This document shows positions 51,892 through 62,209 of a DNA stretch of 64,000 nucleotides, piece by piece (position 1 is the first letter of the stretch; each line of letters begins with the position of its first letter). Made by a program: the position numbers and the translations under genes. The notes beneath the pieces are model-generated. The model did not search any database. It was not told where the DNA came from and saw only the letters and a list, made by a program, of their open reading frames with translations. This DNA is from a virus, in IMG/VR virus record IMGVR_UViG_3300049912_000012, positions 1 through 64,000 of that record, one strand, 5' to 3'.

Positions 51892-53424
51892 ATGAAGAAT
51901 TATTCATCAGGAATCTATATGATTCAATCTTTTTCAAAACCAGAAAGAACTTATATTGGAAGTGCGGTAAATATTCAACAAAGATGGTGGGTACATTTAT
52001 GTAACTTACGCAAGAATAAACATCATTCAAGCAAGTTACAACATCATTATAATAAATATGGAGAAAAAGATTTAAATTTTATTATTTTAATTTGTTGCGG
52101 TAAAGAAGATTTGATTAAAAATGAACAATATTTTTTAGATTCGCATAAAACATATTTTAATACTAACATAATAGCAAGTAGCGCATTAGGAATTAAAAGA
52201 TCACCCGAATTCATTCAAAAACTCAGGAAACCTAAATCCAAGGAACATGCTAGAAAAATGGGAGATACTAAGAAAGGAAAAGATACTTGGAATAAGGGAA
52301 TAAAAAATTGTCATTCGGATGAAACATTAAGTAAAATGCAATATGAAAGAACACCTGAATGGAGAGAACATAGAAGGAAATTAATGACAGGAACGGTAAT
52401 GTCAGTCGAGTCAAGTAAGAAAAAAGGTGAATATATGCTTGAATACTGGACATTAGTAAAAGCGGGTATATTACCAAAACGTAACTATAAAAAAAGAAAA
52501 GACATGAGCAAATCAGCACCAACATTAGAAAATCCCTGCAAAAAGTGGATAGACTTTAAAGCAGACGAAGGTAAATTTTATTACTTTGATAAATCTATTG
52601 GAGAAAAAGGAAAGAATATTGAAGTTCCTACGCCAATCTATTTTTCGGTTTTGGATGAGTTAAGTCTAATTACCGGATTTAATAAGCGACATGACAGTGG
52701 AATCATAAGCAATGAGGTTAGTTCCGTTGTTAAAGAAAAATTAAGAGTGCGAACATTTAAAGGAGGCGAATCAGTTGTTGGATTTTACTCTGATGTAAAA
52801 GATAGCATTATAGCTATGGGTGGTAAATTCACTAAATCAGTGTACGCTCTCTTAATTAAAGATGATAGTTCAACAGAATTTGTAAACTTTAAATTCAAGG
52901 GAGCAGCATTCTCTGCATGGCTTGACAAAGGCTTCAACCCTATGAACTTCATAGTAGGTGTGACAGAATTTGTAGAAGAGAAGAATGGAAACAACACCTA
53001 CCAAGTTCCTGTATTTAAACCTTTCAAGAGTGATCCCAACATAGATGCTGCAGCAGTAGAACAGGACAAGGTTCTTCAGGAATATCTTAAAGTATACAAA
53101 GCTCAGATACCAGAGAAAGAAGTGGAAGTAGCTGCATCGGTAGAGGAGTCCCCACAAATGAAGACTGATCCTTTCCCTGCATCCCCTGCATGGCATGGAG
53201 GTAATAAGTCTAAACTACCCCCGACAAAAGAAGAACTTGTAGAAGAAGCTAAGAAAGCTATGGAAGCAGGAAAGAAAGGAAAGCAATATACTCCAAGTAT
53301 GACCGATCCACAAGAACTAACAAAACTGTCAAGAGGTAAGCAGGAAGAACCATTTCCACAAAGAGGTGAAGATAACTCTCCTGAGTTCGATGATTCTGAT
53401 GAAATTCAGAAATTACCCTTTTGA
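51853..53424 (+). CDS. GIY-YIG endonuclease (start 51892) fused in frame to a putative ssDNA-binding/recombination protein (second start 52504)
   Basis: SGIYMI...YIGSAVN...RW..H, NUMOD3-like repeats; then MSKSAPT... domain with acidic tail ending ...KLPF. Confidence 0.7.
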   Translation: MVCHLPEGFYILPMKNYSSGIYMIQSFSKPERTYIGSAVNIQQRWWVHLCNLRKNKHHSSKLQHHYNKYGEKDLNFIILICCGKEDLIKNEQYFLDSHKTYFNTNIIASSALGIKRSPEFIQKLRKPKSKEHARKMGDTKKGKDTWNKGIKNCHSDETLSKMQYERTPEWREHRRKLMTGTVMSVESSKKKGEYMLEYWTLVKAGILPKRNYKKRKDMSKSAPTLENPCKKWIDFKADEGKFYYFDKSIGEKGKNIEVPTPIYFSVLDELSLITGFNKRHDSGIISNEVSSVVKEKLRVRTFKGGESVVGFYSDVKDSIIAMGGKFTKSVYALLIKDDSSTEFVNFKFKGAAFSAWLDKGFNPMNFIVGVTEFVEEKNGNNTYQVPVFKPFKSDPNIDAAAVEQDKVLQEYLKVYKAQIPEKEVEVAASVEESPQMKTDPFPASPAWHGGNKSKLPPTKEELVEEAKKAMEAGKKGKQYTPSMTDPQELTKLSRGKQEEPFPQRGEDNSPEFDDSDEIQKLPF

Positions 53425-53840
53425 TCATGCAAACAGCATTAGAAACATTAAGTATTCTGCCTGACACAAAAGATCAGGTAGAAATATTCAAGAGTATGCT
53501 CAAAAAAGAGATACTTAGCTGTCCCTATCCTCTTCAGGTACTTGTACATTTAAAGAGATATGAAAAGACCTTTGGAGACTTGCTGAAAGATGATGATCTT
53601 GATACTTGTTATCTTGCATCATTTAAAAACGAGGCTAAAGATAATAAGCTAACTGTGGAAGGAGCAAGCCTTACAAGTCAGGAATTTGGAGGCACATATG
53701 ACTTTTCCCATGATATGGAATGGGTAAAACTTGACAAGCAGATAAAGACTCTTTCAGAGATTAAAAAAGGAAGGGAGAAACAACTTCAAGTAGTAGTTCC
53801 TAAAATAAATGGGAAGCTAAAAATAGCGGTGAAACTATGA
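53421..53840 (+). CDS. Hypothetical protein of the recombination module
   Basis: 139-aa ORF, coupled to neighbours. Confidence 0.55.
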   Translation: MIMQTALETLSILPDTKDQVEIFKSMLKKEILSCPYPLQVLVHLKRYEKTFGDLLKDDDLDTCYLASFKNEAKDNKLTVEGASLTSQEFGGTYDFSHDMEWVKLDKQIKTLSEIKKGREKQLQVVVPKINGKLKIAVKL

Positions 53841-54310
53841 AGAAGATTCAGGCCATTGGATATAAGCGAGAAGATGAACCTTTTCAGATGCCAATGGCTA
53901 ATACTTTTCGTCAACAACTGGATACCTTGCCTCCAGGGAAATACCAGGTAACAGTGGAGAAATATGTCAAGAAAGCTACTCATTCTCAATTCAAATATCT
54001 TTATGGATTGGTTTATAAATTAGCAATGATAGCAGGTAATGATGCCGGATATGAGTTTAAGACAATAGATGAGGTAGATATATTCTTCAGAGGTCTATTT
54101 GCTAATAAGGAAGTCCTAAATCGTGAAACAGGAGAGATAATGCTTCTCCCCTTATCTAAGAGTGAGTTTTTAACTATTGATGAACTTGTGTATTGTGACA
54201 CTATCCGTAATTATGTGAGTGAATATTGGAATACAAACATACCTGATCCTGATCCTCGTTATAAACAAAATAAAGACAATGCTACCAAACCATGTAAAGA
54301 TATATCTTAG
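53837..54310 (+). CDS. NinB-like recombination accessory protein
   Basis: T..Q.KYL.G.VY, V..ETGE, S..EF...Y...I......IPDP. Confidence 0.6.
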   Translation: MKKIQAIGYKREDEPFQMPMANTFRQQLDTLPPGKYQVTVEKYVKKATHSQFKYLYGLVYKLAMIAGNDAGYEFKTIDEVDIFFRGLFANKEVLNRETGEIMLLPLSKSEFLTIDELVYCDTIRNYVSEYWNTNIPDPDPRYKQNKDNATKPCKDIS

Positions 54311-54551
54311 ATATTTTGATATTGGAGAACAAGACATCTGGTATTGTGAAAAGTGCAATCAATCCTTTCATATCAATAGTGGATTAAATATCCATCATAT
54401 TAATGGTAGAGGTAAAGGGAAAGATGTAATCGAAAATCTAATGAGCCTTTGTCAAGAAAAATGCCATAGCCTTGCTCATAGTTCTAAGGAGTATATAAGT
54501 AAACAAGAGTTTCAAGAGATACATGATAAATTCTTAAAACGACATAAATGA
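54219..54551 (+). CDS. HNH endonuclease-domain protein
   Basis: CEKC...IHHI..RG......NLM.LC...CH...H. Confidence 0.75.
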   Translation: MNIGIQTYLILILVINKIKTMLPNHVKIYLRYFDIGEQDIWYCEKCNQSFHINSGLNIHHINGRGKGKDVIENLMSLCQEKCHSLAHSSKEYISKQEFQEIHDKFLKRHK

Positions 54552-55195
54552 TTACAAGAACTCCAAGATTAAAAGTATTAAATCTATACGCTGGATTAGG
54601 AGGTAATCGTAAGTTGTGGGAGAATGTACAAGTAACAGCTATTGAAAATAATGAAAGCATTGCTAAGTTTTATTCCGATCACTTTCCTTATGACGCAATG
54701 ATAATTACAGACGCACATCAATACTTACTCGAACACTATTCAGAATATGACTTTATATGGAGTTCAATAAACTGTCCGTCACATTCAAGAGCTAGATTTT
54801 GGGCAGCAAAGCCAAACAAAAAGATTAAACCTGTATTTCCTGATATGAAACTATATGAAGAGATACTTTTCCTAAAACATTATTTTGACGGTAAATGGAT
54901 AGTTGAAAATGTTGTCCCATTCTATACTCCACTAATCAATCCTACAGTAAAAATAGGGAGGCATTACTTTTGGTCTAATTTCGCTATCAGCCCAGTAAAC
55001 ATAAAAGAAGCTGATATAAACAGGGGAGTAAAAGATGAATGGCAAGAATTACATGGTTTTGACATCACCGGTTATAAGTTCAATTCCAGAAGAGATAAGG
55101 TTTTAAGAAATTGTGTACATCCAAAACTAGGACTGCATATCTTAAATTGTGCATTGAATAAAGAAACAGCAACACAAACAAGACTACTACTATGA
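54548..55195 (+). CDS. DNA cytosine-C5 methyltransferase
   Basis: LNLYAGLGG, WSS.NCP.HS, VENV, RH.FW, LRNCV. Confidence 0.85.
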   Translation: MITRTPRLKVLNLYAGLGGNRKLWENVQVTAIENNESIAKFYSDHFPYDAMIITDAHQYLLEHYSEYDFIWSSINCPSHSRARFWAAKPNKKIKPVFPDMKLYEEILFLKHYFDGKWIVENVVPFYTPLINPTVKIGRHYFWSNFAISPVNIKEADINRGVKDEWQELHGFDITGYKFNSRRDKVLRNCVHPKLGLHILNCALNKETATQTRLLL

Positions 55196-55832
55196 AACAA
55201 TCTGAACTAGACTACAAACAAGAAACAGGACTCGCTGCTAAAATAGTTTATGCAAAATGTCCTGATTGTGGTGCATATATGATGAGTACTGAACTTATGG
55301 AAGAAGGATACATAGAATGGCTTGAAGAAAAGTACGAGCATTACCTAAAATGTCAACAAGCACTATTAGATGCATCTGAAGTCTCAAAACACGATTGGGA
55401 TAATGCAGTAAACGAAATAGGTCAACTACAAGATCAGTTAAGTGATGCAATGGATGAAATTAGACAACTAAGCAGACGATGAAAACATTAAACGAGATAA
55501 ATAAAGAGATAGTAGAAGCTCATGCTATCATGGTAGAGGCAAATAAGCTAAGTACTAAAAAAGCAGAAAGGCTATACAAAAAGATGAACAAGCAGATAAT
55601 ATGGCTTAAACATATAAAACGCTATCTTGAATCTAACCCTAGACCTGAGTTTGTACAAAGTGAACTAGAGACTGTTATAATGAGGATAGGACGCATAGAC
55701 GAGGGATACCTAGTATGGGCAGCAGGAAGAGCAATAACAGCCTACAAGGACCCTAAGAAGGCTTACACTAACGAGATGGGACTGCCCCAGCTAAGAGAAC
55801 AGATGAAAACTCTGAAATATATTTTGAAGTAG
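55192..55832 (+). other. Two hypothetical ORFs (55192..55482 with CPDCG; 55479..55832)
   Basis: ORF track; ATGA coupling. Confidence 0.55.
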
Positions 55833-55870
55833 GTCTTGTTTATTCGGAAATTGTTTCATAATTTTACAGA

Positions 55871-56015
55871 ACCAAATTAAATTGCAACATGGTCTTCAGT
55901 AAATTCTTTACTTTATCAATATCCCCTGCCAAAGGGAATAGAGCCATCGGATGGAGGTTGCACTCCTAGGGTCCGGTGGTTTTTATTTTTGATGGCGGGG
56001 GTTTATATAACCAAT
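55871..56015 (+). ncRNA. Structured RNA leader C
   Basis: TGCAAC (55883-88) complementary to loop GTTGCA of GGAG-loop-CTCC, atop a long G-U-rich stem 55923-51/55972-56001. Confidence 0.6.
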
Positions 56016-56291
56016 ATGAAACTTCCCAAAGGAACTTTACTCCACATGATTAAAAGACAGAAAGGAAAATGCTACTATTGTGGAGATGATTTAATTAAAT
56101 TTGAAATTGACCACATTTTCCCATTTTCAAAGTATAAAAATGGATGTAATTCTAATTTATGTTTAGCATGTCCTGATTGTAATAAAGTTAAAAAAGTTCT
56201 TGAGCCTTGGAATTTTTGGGACTTATGTCTTCGGGAATATCCAGAAAAATTAAAAGACGGAGAATTCTATTACGAAAGAATGAAACTATAA
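55989..56291 (+). CDS. HNH endonuclease (likely start 56016)
   Basis: CYYCG...IDHIFP.SK......NL..AC..CN..K. Confidence 0.85.
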   Translation: MMAGVYITNMKLPKGTLLHMIKRQKGKCYYCGDDLIKFEIDHIFPFSKYKNGCNSNLCLACPDCNKVKKVLEPWNFWDLCLREYPEKLKDGEFYYERMKL

Positions 56292-56986
56292 TGGCTAAAG
56301 ACCCTGCATTCTTATTCTATCCTAATGACTGGTTCGGAGGAACTATAGGGATGACTTTTGAAGAAAAAGGTGCATACATGGATTTATTAATGATGCAATT
56401 TAACAGAGGTCACATGACCGAACATATGATAGGTCAAGTGGTAGGTCAACTTTGGGTCAAGCTTAGGTCAAAGTTCTTAATTGATGAAAATGGTTTGTAT
56501 TACAATGAGCGATTGGAGTATGAAGTAAAAAAACGGCAAGCCTACATTAAATCAAGGGTTAATAACAAAGAAGGGAAAAATCAATACACAAAAGAAGAAG
56601 AAAATAAGATAGGTCATACGACCTCACATATGGAAGATGAAGATGAAGATAAGGATTTAGTTAATTATAAAGGAGTGCTTGATAATTTTCATTTTTATTG
56701 TGACAAGTTATCAAAAGTTGAGAGACTATCTACAGAACGTAAAAAACATATTAATGCTCGTTTTAAAGAATTTGACTTTGATACAATAGTTGAAGTATTT
56801 AAAAAAGTTGGCAAGTCAGATTTTTTATGCGGTAAAAATGATCGGGCATGGAAAGCAAGTTTTGATTGGATATTCAATGAAACTAATTTTTTAAAAATCA
56901 TGGAAGGAAAATATGAAAACAAAGAACAACCTCAATCTATTACTAGAGCATTTATTCCTGAACTAACAAGTGGATCAAAAAGATGA
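56207..56986 (+). CDS. Phage replication initiator (DUF1376/YdaU-like; likely start 56291)
   Basis: MAKDPAFLFYPNDW..GT..MT.EEKGAY.DLL; C-terminal FL.G.N...WKA.FDWI....NF.KI.EG.Y; upstream of dnaB. Confidence 0.8.
   Translation: MEFLGLMSSGISRKIKRRRILLRKNETIMAKDPAFLFYPNDWFGGTIGMTFEEKGAYMDLLMMQFNRGHMTEHMIGQVVGQLWVKLRSKFLIDENGLYYNERLEYEVKKRQAYIKSRVNNKEGKNQYTKEEENKIGHTTSHMEDEDEDKDLVNYKGVLDNFHFYCDKLSKVERLSTERKKHINARFKEFDFDTIVEVFKKVGKSDFLCGKNDRAWKASFDWIFNETNFLKIMEGKYENKEQPQSITRAFIPELTSGSKR
56407..56632 (+). repeat. Iteron-like repeats inside the initiator gene (candidate origin)
   Basis: RGGTCAA at 56431, 56443, 56454, 56465; related 22-mers at 56407 and 56611. Confidence 0.5.
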
Positions 56987-58332
56987 AAAGAGAGATATAT
57001 CAAGAATTTAGTAAAATGCCTCCTCAATGCTTGGATATTGAAGAAGCAGTGTTAGGTGTTTGTATTGTTTATCCAGAAGCTATAACTGAAATAAAATTGA
57101 CACCTGAGATGTTTTATAAAGATGCTCATCGTACAATATTTTGGGCTATACTTCAGATTGCAAATAAAAATGTCTGCGATTTATTATCTGTGTCTGAATT
57201 TTTAAGGACACATGACCTGTTAGAATCGGTAGGTGGTCCATTATATCTTGTAAAGCTAACAGAAAATATATTCTCTAGTTCTACGGTAAGTCATCACGCT
57301 ACTCTTATTAAACAAAAATATTTACTACGTGAGTATATCAGGATAGCACAAGAACTACAAGCTAAAGCATTTGAAGAAGATTTGGCAGATGTTTCAGAAT
57401 TCGCAGAGAGTTCTTTATTTAAACTTTCAGATTTTACTCAAACTAAGGAACCTAAAGCAATAGACAGGTGTGTAGATGATCTCATTTTAGAAGTAGAAAA
57501 AATATACAACAAAGAGAAGTCATTAATTGGAGTACCTTCAGGATTTACTTCTATTGATCGTATCACCGGAGGATGGCAACCTGGAAACCTTATCATCATT
57601 GCTGGCAGGCCATCTATGGGAAAGACAGCTCTTGCATTAACTTTAGCATCCAATCCCGCAAAACTTAAATATTCGGTATGCTTGTTTTCTCTTGAGATGT
57701 CAGAGAGCGAACTTACGACTCGTTTTATGTCTAGTGTAACAGGATATACGAATGTAGAGATACGTAATGCAGACATTAACCTTGAAAAGTTTATCCATAC
57801 AAGTAATGAGATAGCTAATTTACCTATTTACATTGACGATACTCCTGCTCTTTCTCTTTTTGAACTAAGGTCTAAAGTTAAGAAAGTCATTGTTCGCTTT
57901 GGAGTTAAAATTGTAATTATTGACTATCTGCAGTTAATGAAAGCAGAAGCTAATAGCAGGGAACAAGAAGTTAGTATTATCTCAAGAGGCTTAAAGGCTA
58001 TTTCTAAAGAATTTAATGTCCCAGTGATAGCTTTGTCTCAACTTAACAGGGAAGTAGAAGCAAGAGCAGATAAACGACCAAGGTTATCAGATTTAAGAGA
58101 GTCAGGAGCAATAGAACAGGATGCGGATATAGTTTGCTTTATCTATAGACCTGCAGTTTATGGAATAACTACGCTTAAATTCGATAAGGAAGAATTATCA
58201 ACAAATGACATGATAGTTATTGATTGTGCTAAAGATCGCAATGGTGCTTTATTTTCTAAACCATTTTATCACAATTCTAGTTTCACTATTATCCAAGAAC
58301 ATAAATTTGAAATGCAAAATGAACCACATTGA
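56983..58332 (+). CDS. dnaB: Replicative DNA helicase
   Basis: PPQ..DIEEAVLG, AGRPSMGKT, FSLEMS, IDYLQL, LSQLNR, DLRESGAIEQDAD. Confidence 0.95.
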   Translation: MKREIYQEFSKMPPQCLDIEEAVLGVCIVYPEAITEIKLTPEMFYKDAHRTIFWAILQIANKNVCDLLSVSEFLRTHDLLESVGGPLYLVKLTENIFSSSTVSHHATLIKQKYLLREYIRIAQELQAKAFEEDLADVSEFAESSLFKLSDFTQTKEPKAIDRCVDDLILEVEKIYNKEKSLIGVPSGFTSIDRITGGWQPGNLIIIAGRPSMGKTALALTLASNPAKLKYSVCLFSLEMSESELTTRFMSSVTGYTNVEIRNADINLEKFIHTSNEIANLPIYIDDTPALSLFELRSKVKKVIVRFGVKIVIIDYLQLMKAEANSREQEVSIISRGLKAISKEFNVPVIALSQLNREVEARADKRPRLSDLRESGAIEQDADIVCFIYRPAVYGITTLKFDKEELSTNDMIVIDCAKDRNGALFSKPFYHNSSFTIIQEHKFEMQNEPH

Positions 58333-58518
58333 AAAATAATTGCAAAGAATTTCTATTTATTCAAAAAATTCTTTTATAATAGTAAAAAATCAAGTAGATG
58401 ACATTTTTAACAATAGTAGGAATAATAATCGGTGTAGTGATCTTGGTCTATGTTTTAAGTAGGATAGCTACACGAGGAGCATTGACAGAGATAGAGGAGT
58501 TCTTTAAAAGCAAGAAAG

Positions 58519-58860
58519 ATGGCAATCCTAAAGACTGAACCAGACCGCAAAGACATTCTTGTAGGGGCATACGTCTCCCGCAGGATACACTCGTACTTTA
58601 CCCTCTTCACACTGGCTAAGGGGGTAAGTAAGAGCAAGATTTTCACAGAGCTTTTCTACGACTGGATAAGCAAACAGAAGGAGATAGACAGCGAGGCAGA
58701 ACTTTTAAGACAAATTATTATGAGGGTACAGAAGACGAGGAAGAGGGTAAGGAATAGGGATATGGACATTGGGACATTTAAAAAAGTCATCGGGGCAGAA
58801 CTTTTATCTAAGGGAGTAGCGGAAAATTATGTAGCACTAATACTAAGTGAAATAAACTAA
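58519..58860 (+). CDS. Hypothetical protein, possibly DNA-binding
   Basis: 113-aa basic ORF. Confidence 0.5.
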   Translation: MAILKTEPDRKDILVGAYVSRRIHSYFTLFTLAKGVSKSKIFTELFYDWISKQKEIDSEAELLRQIIMRVQKTRKRVRNRDMDIGTFKKVIGAELLSKGVAENYVALILSEIN

Positions 58861-58871
58861 AAATAGAAATT

Positions 58872-59390
58872 ATGAATTACGAAGAAGAAAAATTAAGGAA
58901 AGAAATTGTTGAGTTAATGCAAGAGGAAGCAGTAACAGCATTAATTATTAAATGGTCAACTTTAGGAATACTAATGTTGGTATTTCTTGTTGTAGGAGGA
59001 ATGATTGGATGTCCTCGTTACAAAGTTTATCAACAAAATCTTGAAGGCAAGGCAGAACTTGTCAAGGCTACTCAAAATAGACAGATAGCTATACAAGAGG
59101 CACAAGCGAAGTATGAGTCAGCTCATTTTAATAAACTAACGGATAGTATAAGAGCAGTGGGAATCCATATATCAAATACTATAATCGGACAAAGCCTCAG
59201 AGATAATGAAGCCTATTTAAAATGGCTATGGATTACAGATGTAGCGGGGGCTAATATTGATAAGACTATTGTTTATATCCCTACTGAAACTAATCTGCCT
59301 ATACTTGAAACCAATAGATTAAATAAACAACAATTTGACCTAACCATCCCTGTTGATGAACTTGCTAAGTTATTTCCAAAACGTAAGTGA
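58872..59390 (+). CDS. Membrane-anchored SPFH/prohibitin-like coiled-coil protein
   Basis: TM helix, then P.Y.VY.Q...GKAEL..A...RQI...EA.AK, YL.WLWI, IYIPTE..LP. Confidence 0.6.
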   Translation: MNYEEEKLRKEIVELMQEEAVTALIIKWSTLGILMLVFLVVGGMIGCPRYKVYQQNLEGKAELVKATQNRQIAIQEAQAKYESAHFNKLTDSIRAVGIHISNTIIGQSLRDNEAYLKWLWITDVAGANIDKTIVYIPTETNLPILETNRLNKQQFDLTIPVDELAKLFPKRK

Positions 59391-59584
59391 TATGATAAAA
59401 ACTAAGAAATGTTTTGAACCAGGAGATGTTGTAATGATCTTTGGACAGCCTATGAAGTTAACACATCCAATAGGACAGGCAAGGTTGATAAAGAAAATCT
59501 CTGAGACAAATACTATTGAACATTGGAGAATACAGTATCTCAATGATGAAAATAATACTTATGATCAGTTTATAAAGAAGTTAG

Positions 59585-60133
59585 ATGGAAAGAAGTAACG
59601 ATCCAATTAGAGGACAGCATGAGTGGGTTATTCCTTTATTAAATCCCAATCTAATGAATAATGATAAAACATTTTTTGGAATAGATAACGGAGTAACAGG
59701 AGGTATAACTATCCTTTCAGATGCCCATTGTCTTTATCATGATATAACACCTGTCAAAGAATGTCTCAATTACACCAAGGCAAAAGCATTTATCCACAGA
59801 GTAGATGCAGATAAGATAGCAAACATACTTGCAGGGTATACAAATCCTTTCTGTATGATAGAACGCCCTATGATTAATCCTATGCGTTTTAAGGCATCTG
59901 TAAGTGCTATAAGATGCTTAGAGGCTACTGAGATAATCCTTGAACATCTGCATATACCTTATCAGTTTATAGACAGCAAAGAATGGCAAAAGGCACTTCT
60001 TCCATCAGGACTTGAAAAGGGAGAGTTGAAGAAAGCAGCAGACCAGGTAGCAAAGAGATTGTTCCCTAATCTGACGATAGTAAATAGTGATTCACTTTTA
60101 ATTGCAGAGTATTGCAGGAGGATGAAGAAATGA
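59585..60133 (+). CDS. RuvC-like Holliday junction resolvase
   Basis: FGIDNGVTGGI, MIERP, EWQK, DSLLIAEY. Confidence 0.8.
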   Translation: MERSNDPIRGQHEWVIPLLNPNLMNNDKTFFGIDNGVTGGITILSDAHCLYHDITPVKECLNYTKAKAFIHRVDADKIANILAGYTNPFCMIERPMINPMRFKASVSAIRCLEATEIILEHLHIPYQFIDSKEWQKALLPSGLEKGELKKAADQVAKRLFPNLTIVNSDSLLIAEYCRRMKK

Positions 60134-61150
60134 GTTTTAAAGATTATAATGAAATGCAAAGAGAACTTAAATCCAAAGGATATAAGTATCTTAATTGGGC
60201 TAATGGATGGGGTCATAATGAATCTCTTGAGTATGAAGAATGCAATAGATTAGGGCATAATGATTATAGGAATCCTGATGCTCGTTCTGATGTTCAACAC
60301 AATCCAAGAGGTAGTACTAATACTGTTTATTGTGATGTTTGTAAAATATACTGGAACTATGACTGCTCAGACTAAGGAAAAATATTATTACATGACCGTT
60401 TTTGGTACAGATGATAATGGACACCATGTTGGTGGAGGACATGTAATTAAATCTGAATCAATGGACGATGCATTAAGAATACGTGAAAAATATGGCATAT
60501 CTAATCCAATGCATGCAAAAGGTAAATTGAGAATAAGATGTGAAGAATTGGATATGAAAGAAGAACATAATCAACAATTTATTGAACGTAGAAGAAAACA
60601 ATTTACTGGCTCTATTTGGTATGAAGAAGATAATAAATTAAAAAAAGAAACAGAATGAAAGAACTAAGCATAGCAGACTTAATAGCCTTGAGCAAGTATT
60701 GCAACAATACATTAGAATCTAATGCTATAAAAGATAGCGAGGTAATAAACTACCTGTTTGAGATAGGAGATGCATGTAACAAGGAGTTAGTGGAAAGGAT
60801 GTCAATTATTTATCAATCTCTACATAATACATCAACAACATAATGAAAATCGAAACTAAACGCAAGATTCTTTGGTGGGTAAAGAGGATACTCAACTACT
60901 GTGAATATGCAGACAAGTATCCATATATAGTTACTGAACAACGAAAGGTCTTAAATTTTCAAAGCAGGCAATGTTATCCAAAGCAAGAGATAAATATACT
61001 TTCAGAAGACCAGATGAAATACTTTGCAAATATGCAATTATTAAGTGAACTTGAAAAACACAATGTAATTCGTTATACTAAAGAAGTTGCTGATTTTACT
61101 GAACGTCCTGGTGATATTGTCTATACTGCCATACTTAAAGTTATTACCCC

Positions 61151-62209
61151 ATGATACGAGAAATATCATTGTCAAACTTTCAATCTCATAAAGATAGTCA
61201 TCTTGAATTTTCGGATGGTGTAAATGTTATTTTAGGTGCGTCAGACAGTGGTAAGACAGCAATAATAAGAGCCTTGAGATGGGTAGCGACAAACAAACCA
61301 AGCGGTGATGCTTTTAGAAGCTATTGGGGAGGAAAGACTTCTGTTGAACTCTTTACCGACGATGCTCATATTGTCCGTAGCAGGGATAAGGACAATGAAT
61401 ATGTCTTAGGCGATACGCACTTCAAAGCATTTTCTACTGAGACACCTAAAGAGATAGTTGACGCTCTGAGACTCGATAGTGTGAATATGCAGGCACAGCT
61501 CGATAGTCCATTTCTTCTGAGCGAGACCCCAGGAGATGTAGCTGCTCACTGGAACAAGATAGCAAAATTAGAGGCAATAGATAAAGGGACTACTAATATC
61601 AACTCAGCTATCAGGGAGCTTACTTCGGATATAAAGTACAAGTCTGAGCAGGAAACAAAGTTAATTAGTGACATAGCTACATATCCAGATATGGAGATAT
61701 ATGAATATGATGTAGAAGTCCTTGAACAGATGGAGAAGGAGAAGGCTGTCTTAGCTAACTCAGCAAACAAACTGCATGCCGTATGTTCTGCTTATAGACT
61801 TACAAATGCTAATCTTAAAGAGAAGTCTGAGATATTGAAGTTAGAACATCCACTTAACAACATCCTTGATTTAATAGATCAGAAGAAGCATACAGAAGCG
61901 AATTTTCAAAAGCTTAATGGAATATTGCTTTTAATACATCATAACGAATGTAAAATTGCAGATATTGATAAGACTTTGACTCTTGAACAACCTGTTTCGG
62001 AATTGATAGAGATGTACAAGGAACGAGATTTGGCAGAGAATAGGGTTGTCTTGCTTTCTGCGACACTTTCTAATGTAAAAGGCATCCAAGACAGGATTGA
62101 AAAGGGAAGGGCTTATATCGCTTCGCAAGAGGCTTTATTTACAAAAGAGATGGGGAGTCAATGTATTCTTTGTGGATCAAAATTAAAACATGAACACAAT
62201 GAAGCATAA
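61151..62209 (+). CDS. SbcC/Rad50-like ATPase, N-terminal half
   Basis: NFQSH, GASDSGKT Walker A, Q-loop QLD, coiled coil, ends at CILCG zinc hook; no Walker B. Confidence 0.82.
   Translation: MIREISLSNFQSHKDSHLEFSDGVNVILGASDSGKTAIIRALRWVATNKPSGDAFRSYWGGKTSVELFTDDAHIVRSRDKDNEYVLGDTHFKAFSTETPKEIVDALRLDSVNMQAQLDSPFLLSETPGDVAAHWNKIAKLEAIDKGTTNINSAIRELTSDIKYKSEQETKLISDIATYPDMEIYEYDVEVLEQMEKEKAVLANSANKLHAVCSAYRLTNANLKEKSEILKLEHPLNNILDLIDQKKHTEANFQKLNGILLLIHHNECKIADIDKTLTLEQPVSELIEMYKERDLAENRVVLLSATLSNVKGIQDRIEKGRAYIASQEALFTKEMGSQCILCGSKLKHEHNEA

Noticed and set aside
37217-62128. Minus-strand ORFs over the plus arm (e.g. 50396, 51101, 57438)
   Set aside because: Antisense shadows; only 39618..39974 occupies its own space.
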